Shown here: piece by piece, positions 1-9,804 of the stretch
How the letters are laid out: every line of letters begins with the position of its first letter
How positions within the stretch are numbered: the stretch's first letter is position 1
Assembly: GCA_965262915.1 (NCBI GenBank)
Contig: OZ253564.1
Location: 2,560,001 to 2,624,000, forward strand
Origin: Candidatus Spongiisociaceae bacterium
Lineage (GTDB): Bacteria > Actinomycetota > Acidimicrobiia > Spongiisociales > Spongiisociaceae
Length of the DNA stretch: 64,000 bases
Direction: 5' to 3'
Notes under the pieces: generated by a model
The model's input: the letters and a program-made list of their open reading frames with translations, nothing else
What the model was told of the DNA's origin: nothing
Database searches by the model: none
Position numbers and translations under genes: made by a program

Positions 1-81
1 CCGCACGATCGTTCCGGTCACGGTCATACAGTCTCCCGACTACTCATGGGGCAACGACGGCGCCAGGGGCGGCACGGCCGG

Positions 82-1785
82 TCACGGTGGGTCGCCGCCT
101 GCGATCCGGTGGCTCAGCCAATCGACGACATCGGACGCGACCGCCTGCTCGAAACCCCCGAAGAAGTGGCTGCAGCCCTCGTAGATCTTGCTGTAGACGT
201 CCGGTGCACAGGTGGCCGCCGCCTCGAGTTCATCCATGCGGGCCTTGTCGCTGTACTGGTCGAGGCCGCCGACCAGCAGCATGATCGGCACATCCACCTT
301 GCTGATGTGCTCGGCGTGGGTGGCAATCGAGTCGGGGCCCCACCAGGACAGCCACGAACGAGCGGCCTGGTAGTGGCGTCCCAGCCGGTGATGGCGATCC
401 GGATCCGGGCTCCGGTAGTCGTCACGGATCAGCACCTCGTCACCCCGGCCCTGTTCCACCGCGGCCCGGGCGCGTTCGACCGCCTCCTGATACTTCTCGT
501 CTCCCATGCCTCTGCGAGCCCAGTCGGCGGTCTCCGCGGTGGGCGCCATGTGCACGTGTGCCACCACCGCCGGGTTGGCCGCCAGCACGTGGTGCATCGT
601 GGTGCTGATACTGCCGAGGCTGTGGCCGCAGGGAATGACCTTTCGGTAGCCGCGTCCCACGAGCAGTTGGATGAACGTCTCCATGTCCTCCACGTCCATC
701 TCGGTGGTGCCGATCGAGTGGCCGTACAGCCCGCTGCGCCGCATCTCGATCGTCAGGGTGGACCACCCCGCCCGGGCATAGACGGGCGCTTGCAATACGG
801 GCACCGTACGCAGGGCGGTTGAGGTCATGCCGTGGACGTACATCACGACGGTGTCCGAGTGGGCGTCCGGCGGAGTCCAGAGGAACCCCGCAAGGTCGGA
901 CCCGTCCGCCGTCTCCGCCGTCACGATCTCGAACGGCAGGGGCCCACCCACGGGATGGGGAAGGACATCGCCGGCCCAAGACGCAACGGCGGCCGCGACC
1001 TCTCCGTCGGTGGTTCCGGAGGCCACCGTCACCTGATGGCTCGCGGCTCCGGCCTCGAGGGTGGCCGACCACTCCTCGCAGGCGCCGACGATCAGGAGGG
1101 GCCGCGGCACTCTCTCCACCACCCGGCTCAGCCTGGTGTCGGCCGTCGGGCCCCACCACGCCATCCACCGGTCCGCGTTCTGGGAAACCCGAACCGGACG
1201 ACCATCCTCGTCGACGAACGTTGCGTCGATGAGATGATCGTGCGCAGTGCCGAGCCTCAGAGCGAGCACCGCGTCGGCCAGCACGGCGGCGTAGCGGTCG
1301 GGACCGAGCCACTCCCGCATCTGCCGGCTGAGGTCGTGTGCGGGGCGGATCAGCGCCACGCCCGCCACACGGAGGTCCGGGCGGGCGGCCGCATACCGGC
1401 ACACGGACAGCGCTCCGACCTCTTCCCCGGCCAGCACCACGTCCCGGAACCCGACACAGGCCAGGTAGTCGAGCGCTACCTTGATGTCCGCCATGTCGTC
1501 GTCCGGAGTCGCGGCGAAGGGGCCCTCGAGTCCGCGCCGGCGAAGCGCGAACGACAGGAGCGCTACGCCACGTTCGGCCAGCGCCGGTCCGAGAGCGCGC
1601 GCAAACGCGTCGTAGTGGTAGCCGCCCCACCTGTGCGCGAGCAGCACGGCGCGGCCGGGCTCCCCCAGCGTCTGTCCCGCCGGTAGGTACAGCAGCCCGT
1701 TCGCTATCCCGGGACGCTCGCCGAACGCCTGCTCGCGATCGCTCCAGATCATGAGCGGCTGCACTCGAAATCCCTGCTCGCTCAT
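82..1785 (-). CDS. Tandem two-domain alpha/beta hydrolase
   Basis: Two homologous halves (WMAWWGPTA / WLSWWGPDS); C-terminal GHSLG nucleophile elbow and terminal His (CSHFF); N-terminal half has GEEVG. Confidence 0.75.
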   Translation of the reverse strand: MSEQGFRVQPLMIWSDREQAFGERPGIANGLLYLPAGQTLGEPGRAVLLAHRWGGYHYDAFARALGPALAERGVALLSFALRRRGLEGPFAATPDDDMADIKVALDYLACVGFRDVVLAGEEVGALSVCRYAAARPDLRVAGVALIRPAHDLSRQMREWLGPDRYAAVLADAVLALRLGTAHDHLIDATFVDEDGRPVRVSQNADRWMAWWGPTADTRLSRVVERVPRPLLIVGACEEWSATLEAGAASHQVTVASGTTDGEVAAAVASWAGDVLPHPVGGPLPFEIVTAETADGSDLAGFLWTPPDAHSDTVVMYVHGMTSTALRTVPVLQAPVYARAGWSTLTIEMRRSGLYGHSIGTTEMDVEDMETFIQLLVGRGYRKVIPCGHSLGSISTTMHHVLAANPAVVAHVHMAPTAETADWARRGMGDEKYQEAVERARAAVEQGRGDEVLIRDDYRSPDPDRHHRLGRHYQAARSWLSWWGPDSIATHAEHISKVDVPIMLLVGGLDQYSDKARMDELEAAATCAPDVYSKIYEGCSHFFGGFEQAVASDVVDWLSHRIAGGDPP

Positions 1786-1818
1786 ACCCGGACCCTCGCT
1801 CGATGTCTCACCGGCGAC

Positions 1819-2748
1819 TCATGTGTAACGAATGCGTGGATCCGTGAAGGCATAGAGCAGATCGACCACGTAGTTGACGATGATGAACGCGGTCGATCCG
1901 ACCACCGTCACCGCTTGGATTACGGAGAAGTCCCACTCGTTGATGGCCGAGATGGCCACGCGACCGATCCCCGGCCACCCGAAGATGGACTCCACGATCA
2001 CGACACCACCCAGCAGCGCGGCGAACGTCAGGCTCAGGTACGTCATCACCGGGATGATCGCGTTGCGGAACGCATGCTTGCCGATGACGGCCCGCTCCCG
2101 CAGACCCTTCAAGCGCGCCATCGTGATGTATTCGGTGTTGACAACTTCGAGCATGGAAGACCGCGTCAGCCGGGCGATGGGCCCGATGATCCCGAAGCCG
2201 AGGGCCAGAGAGGGAAGGATCAACTCCGAGACGCTCGCCAAGCCTTCGTCGGGACCGCGGGGCGGCAACAGCCGCCATTGCACGGTGAACAGGTAGAGCA
2301 ACACGATCGCGCTGATGAAGCCCGGAACCGACTGCCCCAGCACGGCCGCGGATCGGCTGGTGTGATCGACGGCACTCCCCGGTCGGCGGGCCGAGAGGAG
2401 CCCGAGAGGGATCCCGATGACGATCCCCCACATGGCCGCCGCCACGGCCAACTGCAGCGTGGCCGGGAATCGCTGCAGCACCACCTTCATGGCGTCCTTC
2501 CGGAACAGGATGGACTCCCCGAAGTCAAGGCGGAAGACGCCGGCCAGGTACTCGAAGTACTGCACGATGATCGGACGGTCGAGGCCGAGGCTCTCTCGCA
2601 TGATGTCCATCGTCTCCTGGTCCGTCCCCAGCGGGACCATCAGCACCACCGGATCACCCAACAGGCGCGGCACGATGAACACGATCGTCACCACCCCCCA
2701 GAACGTGAGGAGGGCACGGAACAGGCGGGTGACGGAGTACCTGAGCAT
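1819..2748 (-). CDS. Peptide/nickel-type ABC transporter permease (DppB/OppB-like)
   Basis: GLDRPIIVQYFEYL, EAA-loop ARLKGLRER, HAFRNAIIP, VESIFGWPGIG. Confidence 0.9.
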   Translation of the reverse strand: MLRYSVTRLFRALLTFWGVVTIVFIVPRLLGDPVVLMVPLGTDQETMDIMRESLGLDRPIIVQYFEYLAGVFRLDFGESILFRKDAMKVVLQRFPATLQLAVAAAMWGIVIGIPLGLLSARRPGSAVDHTSRSAAVLGQSVPGFISAIVLLYLFTVQWRLLPPRGPDEGLASVSELILPSLALGFGIIGPIARLTRSSMLEVVNTEYITMARLKGLRERAVIGKHAFRNAIIPVMTYLSLTFAALLGGVVIVESIFGWPGIGRVAISAINEWDFSVIQAVTVVGSTAFIIVNYVVDLLYAFTDPRIRYT

Positions 2749-3713
2749 CAGCGTGCGACTCGGCGCGACGGCCCGGTCGGGTCGAGCGTGTCGCGCAACC
2801 AGTCACCGAGGGAGTTGGCCGACAGCACCGTCAGGACGAGGGCGATTCCCGGCATCACCGCCACCCACCAGGCCTGCTGGATCTGGTACTGGCCCTCGGC
2901 GACCATGACACCCCACGCCGGGGTGGGCGGAATCACCCCGAGACCCAGAAAGCTCAGGCTCGCCTCCAGAACGATCACCCGCCCGACGTCCAGTGTCGCC
3001 AGGACGATGACGCTGCTGGCGATGTTCGGCAGGATGTGACGGAACATGATCCGGCGCGCGCTACTACCCGACACCCTGGCCATGGCGACGAACTCGCGTC
3101 CTCGCACCGACAGCACCTGACCACGAACGATGCGGGCGTAGCGGGGCCAGGCCAGGACGGCGATGGCGATGATGATGCCGATGATGTTGCGCCCGATGAT
3201 GAGGGCCAGCAGCAGCAGGAAGAGGATGGCTGGAATCGACAGCCACAGGTCGACGACGCCCGAGATGATGGTATCGAGCACCCCTCGGCGGTAGCCGGCC
3301 ACGATGCCGATGGCCGTCCCGACGATCGACGTGAGCGTTACCGTGCCGAGCCCGACGATGAGCGAGATGCGCGCACCGTGGATGATGCGGCTCAGAATAT
3401 CGCGCCCGAGACTGTCGCCGCCCAGCAGGCGGGCGGTCGTCCCCTCCGCGTCCCACACCGGTGGTGCGTAGGTGTGTTCGAAATCGATGTCGGCCGGGTC
3501 ATGAGGTGCCAGCACGCCGGCGAAGATGGCGGCGACCACGATGGCGAGCAGGAACAGGGCGGCCAGCTTCGGTATCCCCCCGAAGCTGTTCCTGAACCGG
3601 CGTAGCAGTCCGGCCGCCTTTCGTGGCGGCCCGGTCCGAACTGCTCCTGCCGCCTCGGATGCGGCTACGATCGTGGCCTCTGGCTCCCGCGCCCGGTCGG
3701 TCCGGTCTCTCAT
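2748..3713 (-). CDS. Peptide/nickel-type ABC transporter permease (DppC/OppC-like)
   Basis: LGGDSLGRDILSRIIHGARISL, EASLSFLGLG; start moved to ATG 3713, which overlaps the upstream stop (ATGA). Confidence 0.9.
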   Translation of the reverse strand: MRDRTDRAREPEATIVAASEAAGAVRTGPPRKAAGLLRRFRNSFGGIPKLAALFLLAIVVAAIFAGVLAPHDPADIDFEHTYAPPVWDAEGTTARLLGGDSLGRDILSRIIHGARISLIVGLGTVTLTSIVGTAIGIVAGYRRGVLDTIISGVVDLWLSIPAILFLLLLALIIGRNIIGIIIAIAVLAWPRYARIVRGQVLSVRGREFVAMARVSGSSARRIMFRHILPNIASSVIVLATLDVGRVIVLEASLSFLGLGVIPPTPAWGVMVAEGQYQIQQAWWVAVMPGIALVLTVLSANSLGDWLRDTLDPTGPSRRVAR

Positions 3714-4696
3714 GCGGCGGAGGGCGCGAGCGCCTTGACAGCTTCGAGTACTTGGTCGTCGTCGCCGACCGGGACGAGGATCGGGAGGTCGATGCCGGCT
3801 TCGCGCCACGCCTCGAGGCGTTCCCGCGCCTCCCCGGCAGTGCCGGTGATGGTGAACGCGTCGAGGTAGCGGTCGCTGACGATCGACGCGGCCCCGGCCC
3901 GATCGTCCTCCCGGAGCGCCGCCAGCACGGCCTCCCGCTCCTCGCCGAAACCGAGCTCGTGGTGAAGCCTCGTGTAGCGGGGAAGAACCGTCTTTAGGGC
4001 CACGGTGCTGTGACGCATCAACCGGCGGGCGTCTTCCCGATCGGAGGTGACCGCGCAGGGAATCATCGTGGAAACCACCACATCTGCAGGTTGCTTGGCG
4101 GCGCGATCCGCTCCCCGCATGATGTTGGCCCGGGCGTCCCGGACGGAGTCCACCGTATGGTTCACCATGATGACACCCTGTCCGATCCCGCCGGCGATGC
4201 CCAGCATCTTCGGGTTCACCGCCGCTACGTAGATCGGTATCTCGGGTCGGACCGGCTCCAGCCATAGGTCGAAGTGGTCGATGTTGAAGATCTCACCTTC
4301 ATAGGAGACCTCGCCGTCGCGGATGAGTTGCCTGACGATGTCGACCGTGTCGAGCATGCGAGGGATGGGCTTGGAGAACGGGTGACCGTGCATCCGCACC
4401 ACCTGGTGGGCGTGATCGGTGCCGAGACCGAGAATGAACCGGCCGTGCGAGAAACGGTCGACGGTGGCCGCCGCCATCGCGATCAGCGGGGCGGTGCGTA
4501 CGAAGATGCTGGAAATGTTGGTCCCCAGGCCTATCCGCTCGGTGGCCAGCGCGCAGGCGGTGAGCACCGAGAACTGATCGCCCCCGCGGCCCTCGACCTG
4601 CCAGACCGAGTCATACCCGAGCCCCTCGGCGAGCCGAGCGAACTCGGGAAGATGGTTGACCGTCCTTCCCCGCAGCATGACGCCGGTCGGAGCCAT
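3710..4696 (-). CDS. LLM class (luciferase-like) flavin/F420-dependent oxidoreductase
   Basis: AEGLGYDSVW, ATERIGLGTNI, SHGRFILGLG, IPIYVAA; GAGGAGG RBS before ATG 4696. Confidence 0.85.
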   Translation of the reverse strand: MAPTGVMLRGRTVNHLPEFARLAEGLGYDSVWQVEGRGGDQFSVLTACALATERIGLGTNISSIFVRTAPLIAMAAATVDRFSHGRFILGLGTDHAHQVVRMHGHPFSKPIPRMLDTVDIVRQLIRDGEVSYEGEIFNIDHFDLWLEPVRPEIPIYVAAVNPKMLGIAGGIGQGVIMVNHTVDSVRDARANIMRGADRAAKQPADVVVSTMIPCAVTSDREDARRLMRHSTVALKTVLPRYTRLHHELGFGEEREAVLAALREDDRAGAASIVSDRYLDAFTITGTAGEARERLEAWREAGIDLPILVPVGDDDQVLEAVKALAPSAA

Positions 4697-4710
4697 CGAT
4701 CCCTCCTCAG

Positions 4711-5676
4711 TCAAACCAGGTGACATGCGACGACATGATCGGATCGCACTTCCCGCAGCAATGGCAGTTCCCGCGCGCACCGCTCCACGGCCAGCGGACA
4801 CCTCGGATGGAACGCGCAACCCGTCGGTGGATGCGCGGGGTCGGGCGGTTCCCCCTCCACCACTGCTTCCCCTTTCGGATCATCGGGATCGGGCTGCGGG
4901 ATGGCATCGAACAAGGCCTGCGTGTAGGGATGGAGCCGGTGGTCTCGCAGTTCCGCCTTGGGCGCCATCTCCACGATCTTGCCCAGGTACATGACGGCAA
5001 CGATGTCGCTCATGAACTCGACCACATGCAGGTCGTGGGAGATCACGAAGTAGCTGGTGCCGAGTTGGTCGCGGATATCGCTCAACAGGTTCACGATCTG
5101 GGCCCGGATCGACACGTCGAGGGCGGAGGTGGCCTCGTCCAGAACGATCAGGGTGGACTGCGTGGCGATGGCCCGAGCAATGGCGATGCGCTGGCGCTGG
5201 CCTCCACTGAACTCGTGCGGATAGAGCCGTTCGATACCGGAGGGAAGGCCTACCATCTCGAGGGCCTCGGCCACGCGCCGTCTCCGGTCGTCGGCGGTGA
5301 GCTCGCTGACCTGTCGGAGAGGTTCACCGACGATGTCCTGGATGCGCATTCGTGGATTGAGCGAGTCGAAGGGGTCCTGCGGCACGGCCTGCACCGAGGT
5401 CCGATACTCCCGCTTCTGTTCTCGCGACAGTTCGACCAACGACACTCCCCGAAAACGGACGTTTCCGGACGTCAACGGTTCCAGGCCGAGGATGAGCTTG
5501 GCGAGCGTCGACTTCCCGCAGCCCGACTCCCCGACCAGGCCGAACGTAGTACCCGGCCGGATTTCGAAGCTGACGCCGTCGACGGCCCTGAGCTTCACCC
5601 TGCGATAGGCTCCCGGCTCCTTGGTGAGGAAGTGCTTGGCGGCATCGTCGACCTCGATGACGGCCCGGTCATCCAC
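4711..5676 (-). CDS. Oligopeptide ABC transporter ATP-binding protein (DppF-like)
   Basis: GESGCGKS, FSGGQRQR, HPYT and C-terminal GCAFHPRC motif. Confidence 0.92.
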   Translation of the reverse strand: MDDRAVIEVDDAAKHFLTKEPGAYRRVKLRAVDGVSFEIRPGTTFGLVGESGCGKSTLAKLILGLEPLTSGNVRFRGVSLVELSREQKREYRTSVQAVPQDPFDSLNPRMRIQDIVGEPLRQVSELTADDRRRRVAEALEMVGLPSGIERLYPHEFSGGQRQRIAIARAIATQSTLIVLDEATSALDVSIRAQIVNLLSDIRDQLGTSYFVISHDLHVVEFMSDIVAVMYLGKIVEMAPKAELRDHRLHPYTQALFDAIPQPDPDDPKGEAVVEGEPPDPAHPPTGCAFHPRCPLAVERCARELPLLREVRSDHVVACHLV

Positions 5677-6787
5677 GCCCGGGCCCTCCTTCAGCCCTCG
5701 AGCGCGCGATCAAGCAGGCGACCTGATGGCCCACCGCCACTTCTTCGACATCGGGATACGCCTCCGCACACCTGTCGAAGGCGTGCGGGCACCGCGGTTC
5801 GAACCGGCAGCCGTCGGGCCAGGCCAGTGGATCGGGAGGCTGGCCCTCGATCGAATAGAGCCGCTTGCGGTCGTCGCCCGGCACGGGAAGCGATCGGAGC
5901 AGTGCCTCCGTATAGGGATGCACAGGCTTGCGGAAGATGTCACGGGTCGGACCGTGTTCAACGATCCGGCCGGCATACATAACGGCCATCCGCTCGCACA
6001 TCTTGGCGATCAGCGACAGGTCGTGGGTCACGAGGATCAACCCGGCGCCGGTGCGGCGCTGCTCCTCGCTGAGGACTGCGAGGATCTGGCTCTGGACCGT
6101 CATGTCCAGAGCCGTCGTCGGCTCGTCGGCGATGATCAGTTCGGGATCGCACGTCAGACCCATCGCGATGAGGGCCCGCTGCCGCATTCCGCCGCTGAAC
6201 TCGAACGGGAACTGACCGATCCGACGCTCGGCCTGGGGAATCCGGACCCGGTTCAGGTACCGGGCAGCCTCCTTGGTGGCCTTTGCACGGCGATAGCCGA
6301 GGTGGCTCATCATGGGCTCGGCCACCTGGTTCCCGACCGTGAAGACCGGGTTGAGCGACGTCATCGGGTCCTGGGGTATGACCACCATTTCCGCACCCCG
6401 CAACCGGCGGATGTCGCGGTCGGACATCGCCGCCATGTCCTTCCCCTTCCAGAGAACCCGGCCGCCTGCGATACGGCCCGAGGGCGGTATCTGGCGCATG
6501 AGGGCGCGCGTCGTCACCGTCTTGCCGCACCCGGACTCGCCGACCAGGCCCAGACGCTCGTTCCTGCCAACCGAGAAGCTCACTCCGTCGACGGCTCGCA
6601 CCGAGCCTCGGCTCGTCTCGAAGTGCACCGCCAGATCGGTGACCTCGATCAGCGGGAGACGCGAAGGGCGGATCTCTACCGGCTCGATCTTCCGACCGGA
6701 CTGAGAGGGTGCGCGGATGCGCGAACCACGATCGGTCCCGGTCGACGACCGCACCCGGTGCCCACTCGGGAAACCCCTGGCCATCAA
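5669..6787 (-). CDS. Oligopeptide ABC transporter ATP-binding protein (DppD-like)
   Basis: GESGCGKT, FSGGMRQR, DEPTTALD, HPYT; exact start uncertain. Confidence 0.9.
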   Translation of the reverse strand: MMARGFPSGHRVRSSTGTDRGSRIRAPSQSGRKIEPVEIRPSRLPLIEVTDLAVHFETSRGSVRAVDGVSFSVGRNERLGLVGESGCGKTVTTRALMRQIPPSGRIAGGRVLWKGKDMAAMSDRDIRRLRGAEMVVIPQDPMTSLNPVFTVGNQVAEPMMSHLGYRRAKATKEAARYLNRVRIPQAERRIGQFPFEFSGGMRQRALIAMGLTCDPELIIADEPTTALDMTVQSQILAVLSEEQRRTGAGLILVTHDLSLIAKMCERMAVMYAGRIVEHGPTRDIFRKPVHPYTEALLRSLPVPGDDRKRLYSIEGQPPDPLAWPDGCRFEPRCPHAFDRCAEAYPDVEEVAVGHQVACLIARSRAEGGPGRG

Positions 6788-6865
6788 GGTGGGCCCATCA
6801 ACCGTCGCAATCGCTGTTTCCCCTGGTGAGCACCTATCCGCGCACCCTCTGAGGCTGTGCGACGC

Positions 6866-8707
6866 TTACCCTCCGATGAACCCTGCTGTGTTGTAGTCGA
6901 TGGCGTAGCGCTGAGGCAGCGCCGTCCAATCGAGATCGGCAACCACCGCAAAGATGAATTGCGGGTGCCACAGCCACAGGCCCACCGCGCTCTCCCAGAG
7001 CACCTTGTCCAGCTCTTTGAGCGCCGCGACCTGCTCGTCGACGTCGAGTACCTGCGAGGCAGCCAGCGCGGCGACGAGTTCCGGGTCCTCCGTGACCTTG
7101 AAGCGGCTGGTGATGTTCCGCGGAAGGTTTCGCGAGTCGACGGCCGTGAAGTTGTACCCGAGGTCGAGATAGCTCGGTCCCAGGTTGTTACCCGGCGCGC
7201 CGGCGAACAGCAACGACACCCACGGCGAGATCGGCATCGGCTCCACCGACGTCCGGATCCCGATGTCGTTGAGCTGGTCGGCAACCGAGAGGGCGATCTC
7301 GCTCCCCTTCTCGTACAGCCCTTCAGGAACGATGATCCGGTGCAGGAACCCGTCCGGGTACCCGGCCTCCTCGAGAAGTTGCTTCGCCAACTCGGGGTTG
7401 TACCCGTAGTCGGTGAACTCGCTGCCGGGCTGGAAGGCCTGCATCGATGGGATGGGGTGAATCCCCCGGTCAGGACCGCTCGCCATCGGGGCGGCGTGCC
7501 CGCCGAGCACGTTGTCGATGATCGCCTGCTTGTTGACCCCGAAGTTCAGCGCACGCCGGACCCGCACATCGAGCAACGGATTCGGCTGACCGGGCTCCAG
7601 CGGGTTCTCGGCATCGAGCGTGTACAGGGGCATGAACCCGGTGCCGAACGCGCTGATGCTCTGGATGTTGTAGCCCGCCTCCTGTGCCGACTCGACCAGA
7701 TCGACCGGGATACAGCACACGATGTCCGCCTCGCCGCGTTGCATCGCAGTCAGCGCGGCGGCCGCGTTGACGTTGAGCCGGATGTTCAGCTTCTTGATCT
7801 TGGGTGGGCCGGCCCAGTAGTCCTCGAACGCCTCCAACTCGATGATCTGCTCGGGAATGAAGTTGACCACCTTGTAGGCGCCGGTGCCGTTGGCATGGGT
7901 GGTGAGGTACTCGACATCGTGCTGCTCCGTCCACGCCCTCTGCATGGGCCGGAAGGCGTACAGGTTCTCGAACAACTGCGGCTGCGGGGGATCGATGACG
8001 TTGAACCGCACGGTATCGGCGTCCACGATGTCCACCGAACTGACGATGGAACGGAACAGGGCGCCTGCCCGCGATCGCAAGTCCGGATTCGTGAGACGCT
8101 CGAACGTGAACACGATGTCGTCCGGCGTCAGATGTTCCCCGCTGTGGAACTTCACATCGTCTCGTAGGTCGATGAGAAAGTTCCCGTCCGCTTCCTGGGC
8201 CACCGTGCCGATCCAGTCGATCGCGTGATAGTTCGCCCAGTCGTTCTTGGTGATCCCGTCATAGATCTGGTGCAGCACTACCGCATCGGTTGACCCCGCA
8301 GTCACCGGATCGATGGATCGCGCGTTGATGATGGTGAACACGTTCAGCGTGTCGTAGTCCGTCCGTGTCGGCGCTTCTTCCGGAGGTACCGCCGTCGTGG
8401 TGGAAGCGGGTACCTCCACCTCCACGATCGAGGTCACGGTCACGATCGACGTGACTGTTTCCCCGGGCACCTCCACCTCCACCTCCACGATCGAGGTCTG
8501 GGTGACGATGGAGGTCTCGGTGACGACGATCGTCTCGGGTGCTGCGGTCGCCGTCGTCTCCCCCTCGCCATCACCGCAGGCACCCGCGACCAAGGCGAGC
8601 GCCAAGAGCGCTACAGCCCATGGCCATGCCCGGCGGACCGTCGGACCAAGCCGACGCCTCCTACGGATCGAAAGTCTCGAACCACCCAGGAACGGTGCGC
8701 TCGCCAT
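6866..8707 (-). CDS. ABC transporter substrate-binding lipoprotein, family 5
   Basis: Lipobox VAGAC, LRDDVKFHSGE, NGTGAYKV, VRRALNFGVNK, AKQLLEEAGY. Confidence 0.9.
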   Translation of the reverse strand: MASAPFLGGSRLSIRRRRRLGPTVRRAWPWAVALLALALVAGACGDGEGETTATAAPETIVVTETSIVTQTSIVEVEVEVPGETVTSIVTVTSIVEVEVPASTTTAVPPEEAPTRTDYDTLNVFTIINARSIDPVTAGSTDAVVLHQIYDGITKNDWANYHAIDWIGTVAQEADGNFLIDLRDDVKFHSGEHLTPDDIVFTFERLTNPDLRSRAGALFRSIVSSVDIVDADTVRFNVIDPPQPQLFENLYAFRPMQRAWTEQHDVEYLTTHANGTGAYKVVNFIPEQIIELEAFEDYWAGPPKIKKLNIRLNVNAAAALTAMQRGEADIVCCIPVDLVESAQEAGYNIQSISAFGTGFMPLYTLDAENPLEPGQPNPLLDVRVRRALNFGVNKQAIIDNVLGGHAAPMASGPDRGIHPIPSMQAFQPGSEFTDYGYNPELAKQLLEEAGYPDGFLHRIIVPEGLYEKGSEIALSVADQLNDIGIRTSVEPMPISPWVSLLFAGAPGNNLGPSYLDLGYNFTAVDSRNLPRNITSRFKVTEDPELVAALAASQVLDVDEQVAALKELDKVLWESAVGLWLWHPQFIFAVVADLDWTALPQRYAIDYNTAGFIGG

Positions 8708-8931
8708 TAGGGTCCTCCCCTACTTAGATGTCCTCCCGCAATTTGGATGCCGGAGGTGAAGTATGAACGTCCTCGCCAATGCTATTGGTCGGACTCTTGG
8801 TCGTCAACAGCTTGTGAGCCGGCTCCTACAACACATGCAACCCTGAATCCACCGGCGGGGGCGAAGGGACCCGGACGGTAGATGCACATTAGAGATACCT
8901 CTTGGATCTTGCGACGACATCCATAGATAAG

Positions 8932-9789
8932 TCACGTATCGTCTCCTTCGGCCTCCGTGTAGGAGCTGATGCCAGGGCGATACTGCTTGGCCAGGAACAG
9001 CTCGACCCCCTTCCCCTCCTCACCGAGTTGATGGTGACGCCAATTGAGGTCGTTGTGCTTGGCGGCGAGAAACCAGTAGGCCTCGTCGTAGGACATATCC
9101 ATCACTTGTTTGACCGCCTCCTTGCAGAATCGCACCGCGGCCGGATCGAGCGCCTTGAGCCGGTCGGCGACCTTCGCCACCTCCGACTCGAGGCTCGATC
9201 TGGGAACAGAACGGTTGACGAAGCGGATTCGTGCCGCGGCGGGACCGTCGAACCGCTCTCCGGTCATCGCGTAATAGACCGCATCGCGGTACGGCATCAG
9301 GCTGGCGATCGACTTGGCTACCAACCCTCCCGGCATGTATCCCAGGTTGACCTCGCTCAGACCGAAGACCGCCTCGTCGGCAGCAATGGCTATGTCGCAG
9401 GAAGCGACGATGGTGAAAGCCCCCCCGAAGCAATATCCGTTCACCATCGCAATGGTCGGTTTGGGAAACATGCGGAGCATCCGGTCACCCCACTCCGTCG
9501 CGAGACGGCGATAGAGGTCCCGCCGGTCCTGATCGCCTTCGAGGTCCTGGAAGTATTCCTTGAGGTCCATCCCGGCGCTGAAGGATTCGCCGGCACCTGT
9601 GATCACCACGACCCGGGTCTCCGGATCCGTCTCCAGCGCGTGGAGCACCTCGACCATCTCGACGTGCATGGTGGGATTCATCGCATTGCGCTTCTCGGGA
9701 CGGTTGAAGGTCACCGTCGACACGCCGTCGGCCCGCGACACCAGGACAGTCGAGTACTCGGCGTCGGCTCCAGGGGTGTCACTCTTCAT
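8932..9789 (-). CDS. ech: Hydroxycinnamoyl-CoA hydratase/lyase-like crotonase
   Basis: NRPEKRNAMNP, AGMDLKEYF, MVNGYCFGG, FGLSEVN and C-terminal KQYRPGISSY resemble HCHL/Ech as recalled. Confidence 0.75.
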   Translation of the reverse strand: MKSDTPGADAEYSTVLVSRADGVSTVTFNRPEKRNAMNPTMHVEMVEVLHALETDPETRVVVITGAGESFSAGMDLKEYFQDLEGDQDRRDLYRRLATEWGDRMLRMFPKPTIAMVNGYCFGGAFTIVASCDIAIAADEAVFGLSEVNLGYMPGGLVAKSIASLMPYRDAVYYAMTGERFDGPAAARIRFVNRSVPRSSLESEVAKVADRLKALDPAAVRFCKEAVKQVMDMSYDEAYWFLAAKHNDLNWRHHQLGEEGKGVELFLAKQYRPGISSYTEAEGDDT

Positions 9790-9804
9790 CGGTTCGATCC
9801 TCCC

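Noticed and set aside
1-27. Start of a minus-strand gene at the window edge
   Set aside because: ATG with an RBS-like sequence is visible, but nine codons are too few to call.
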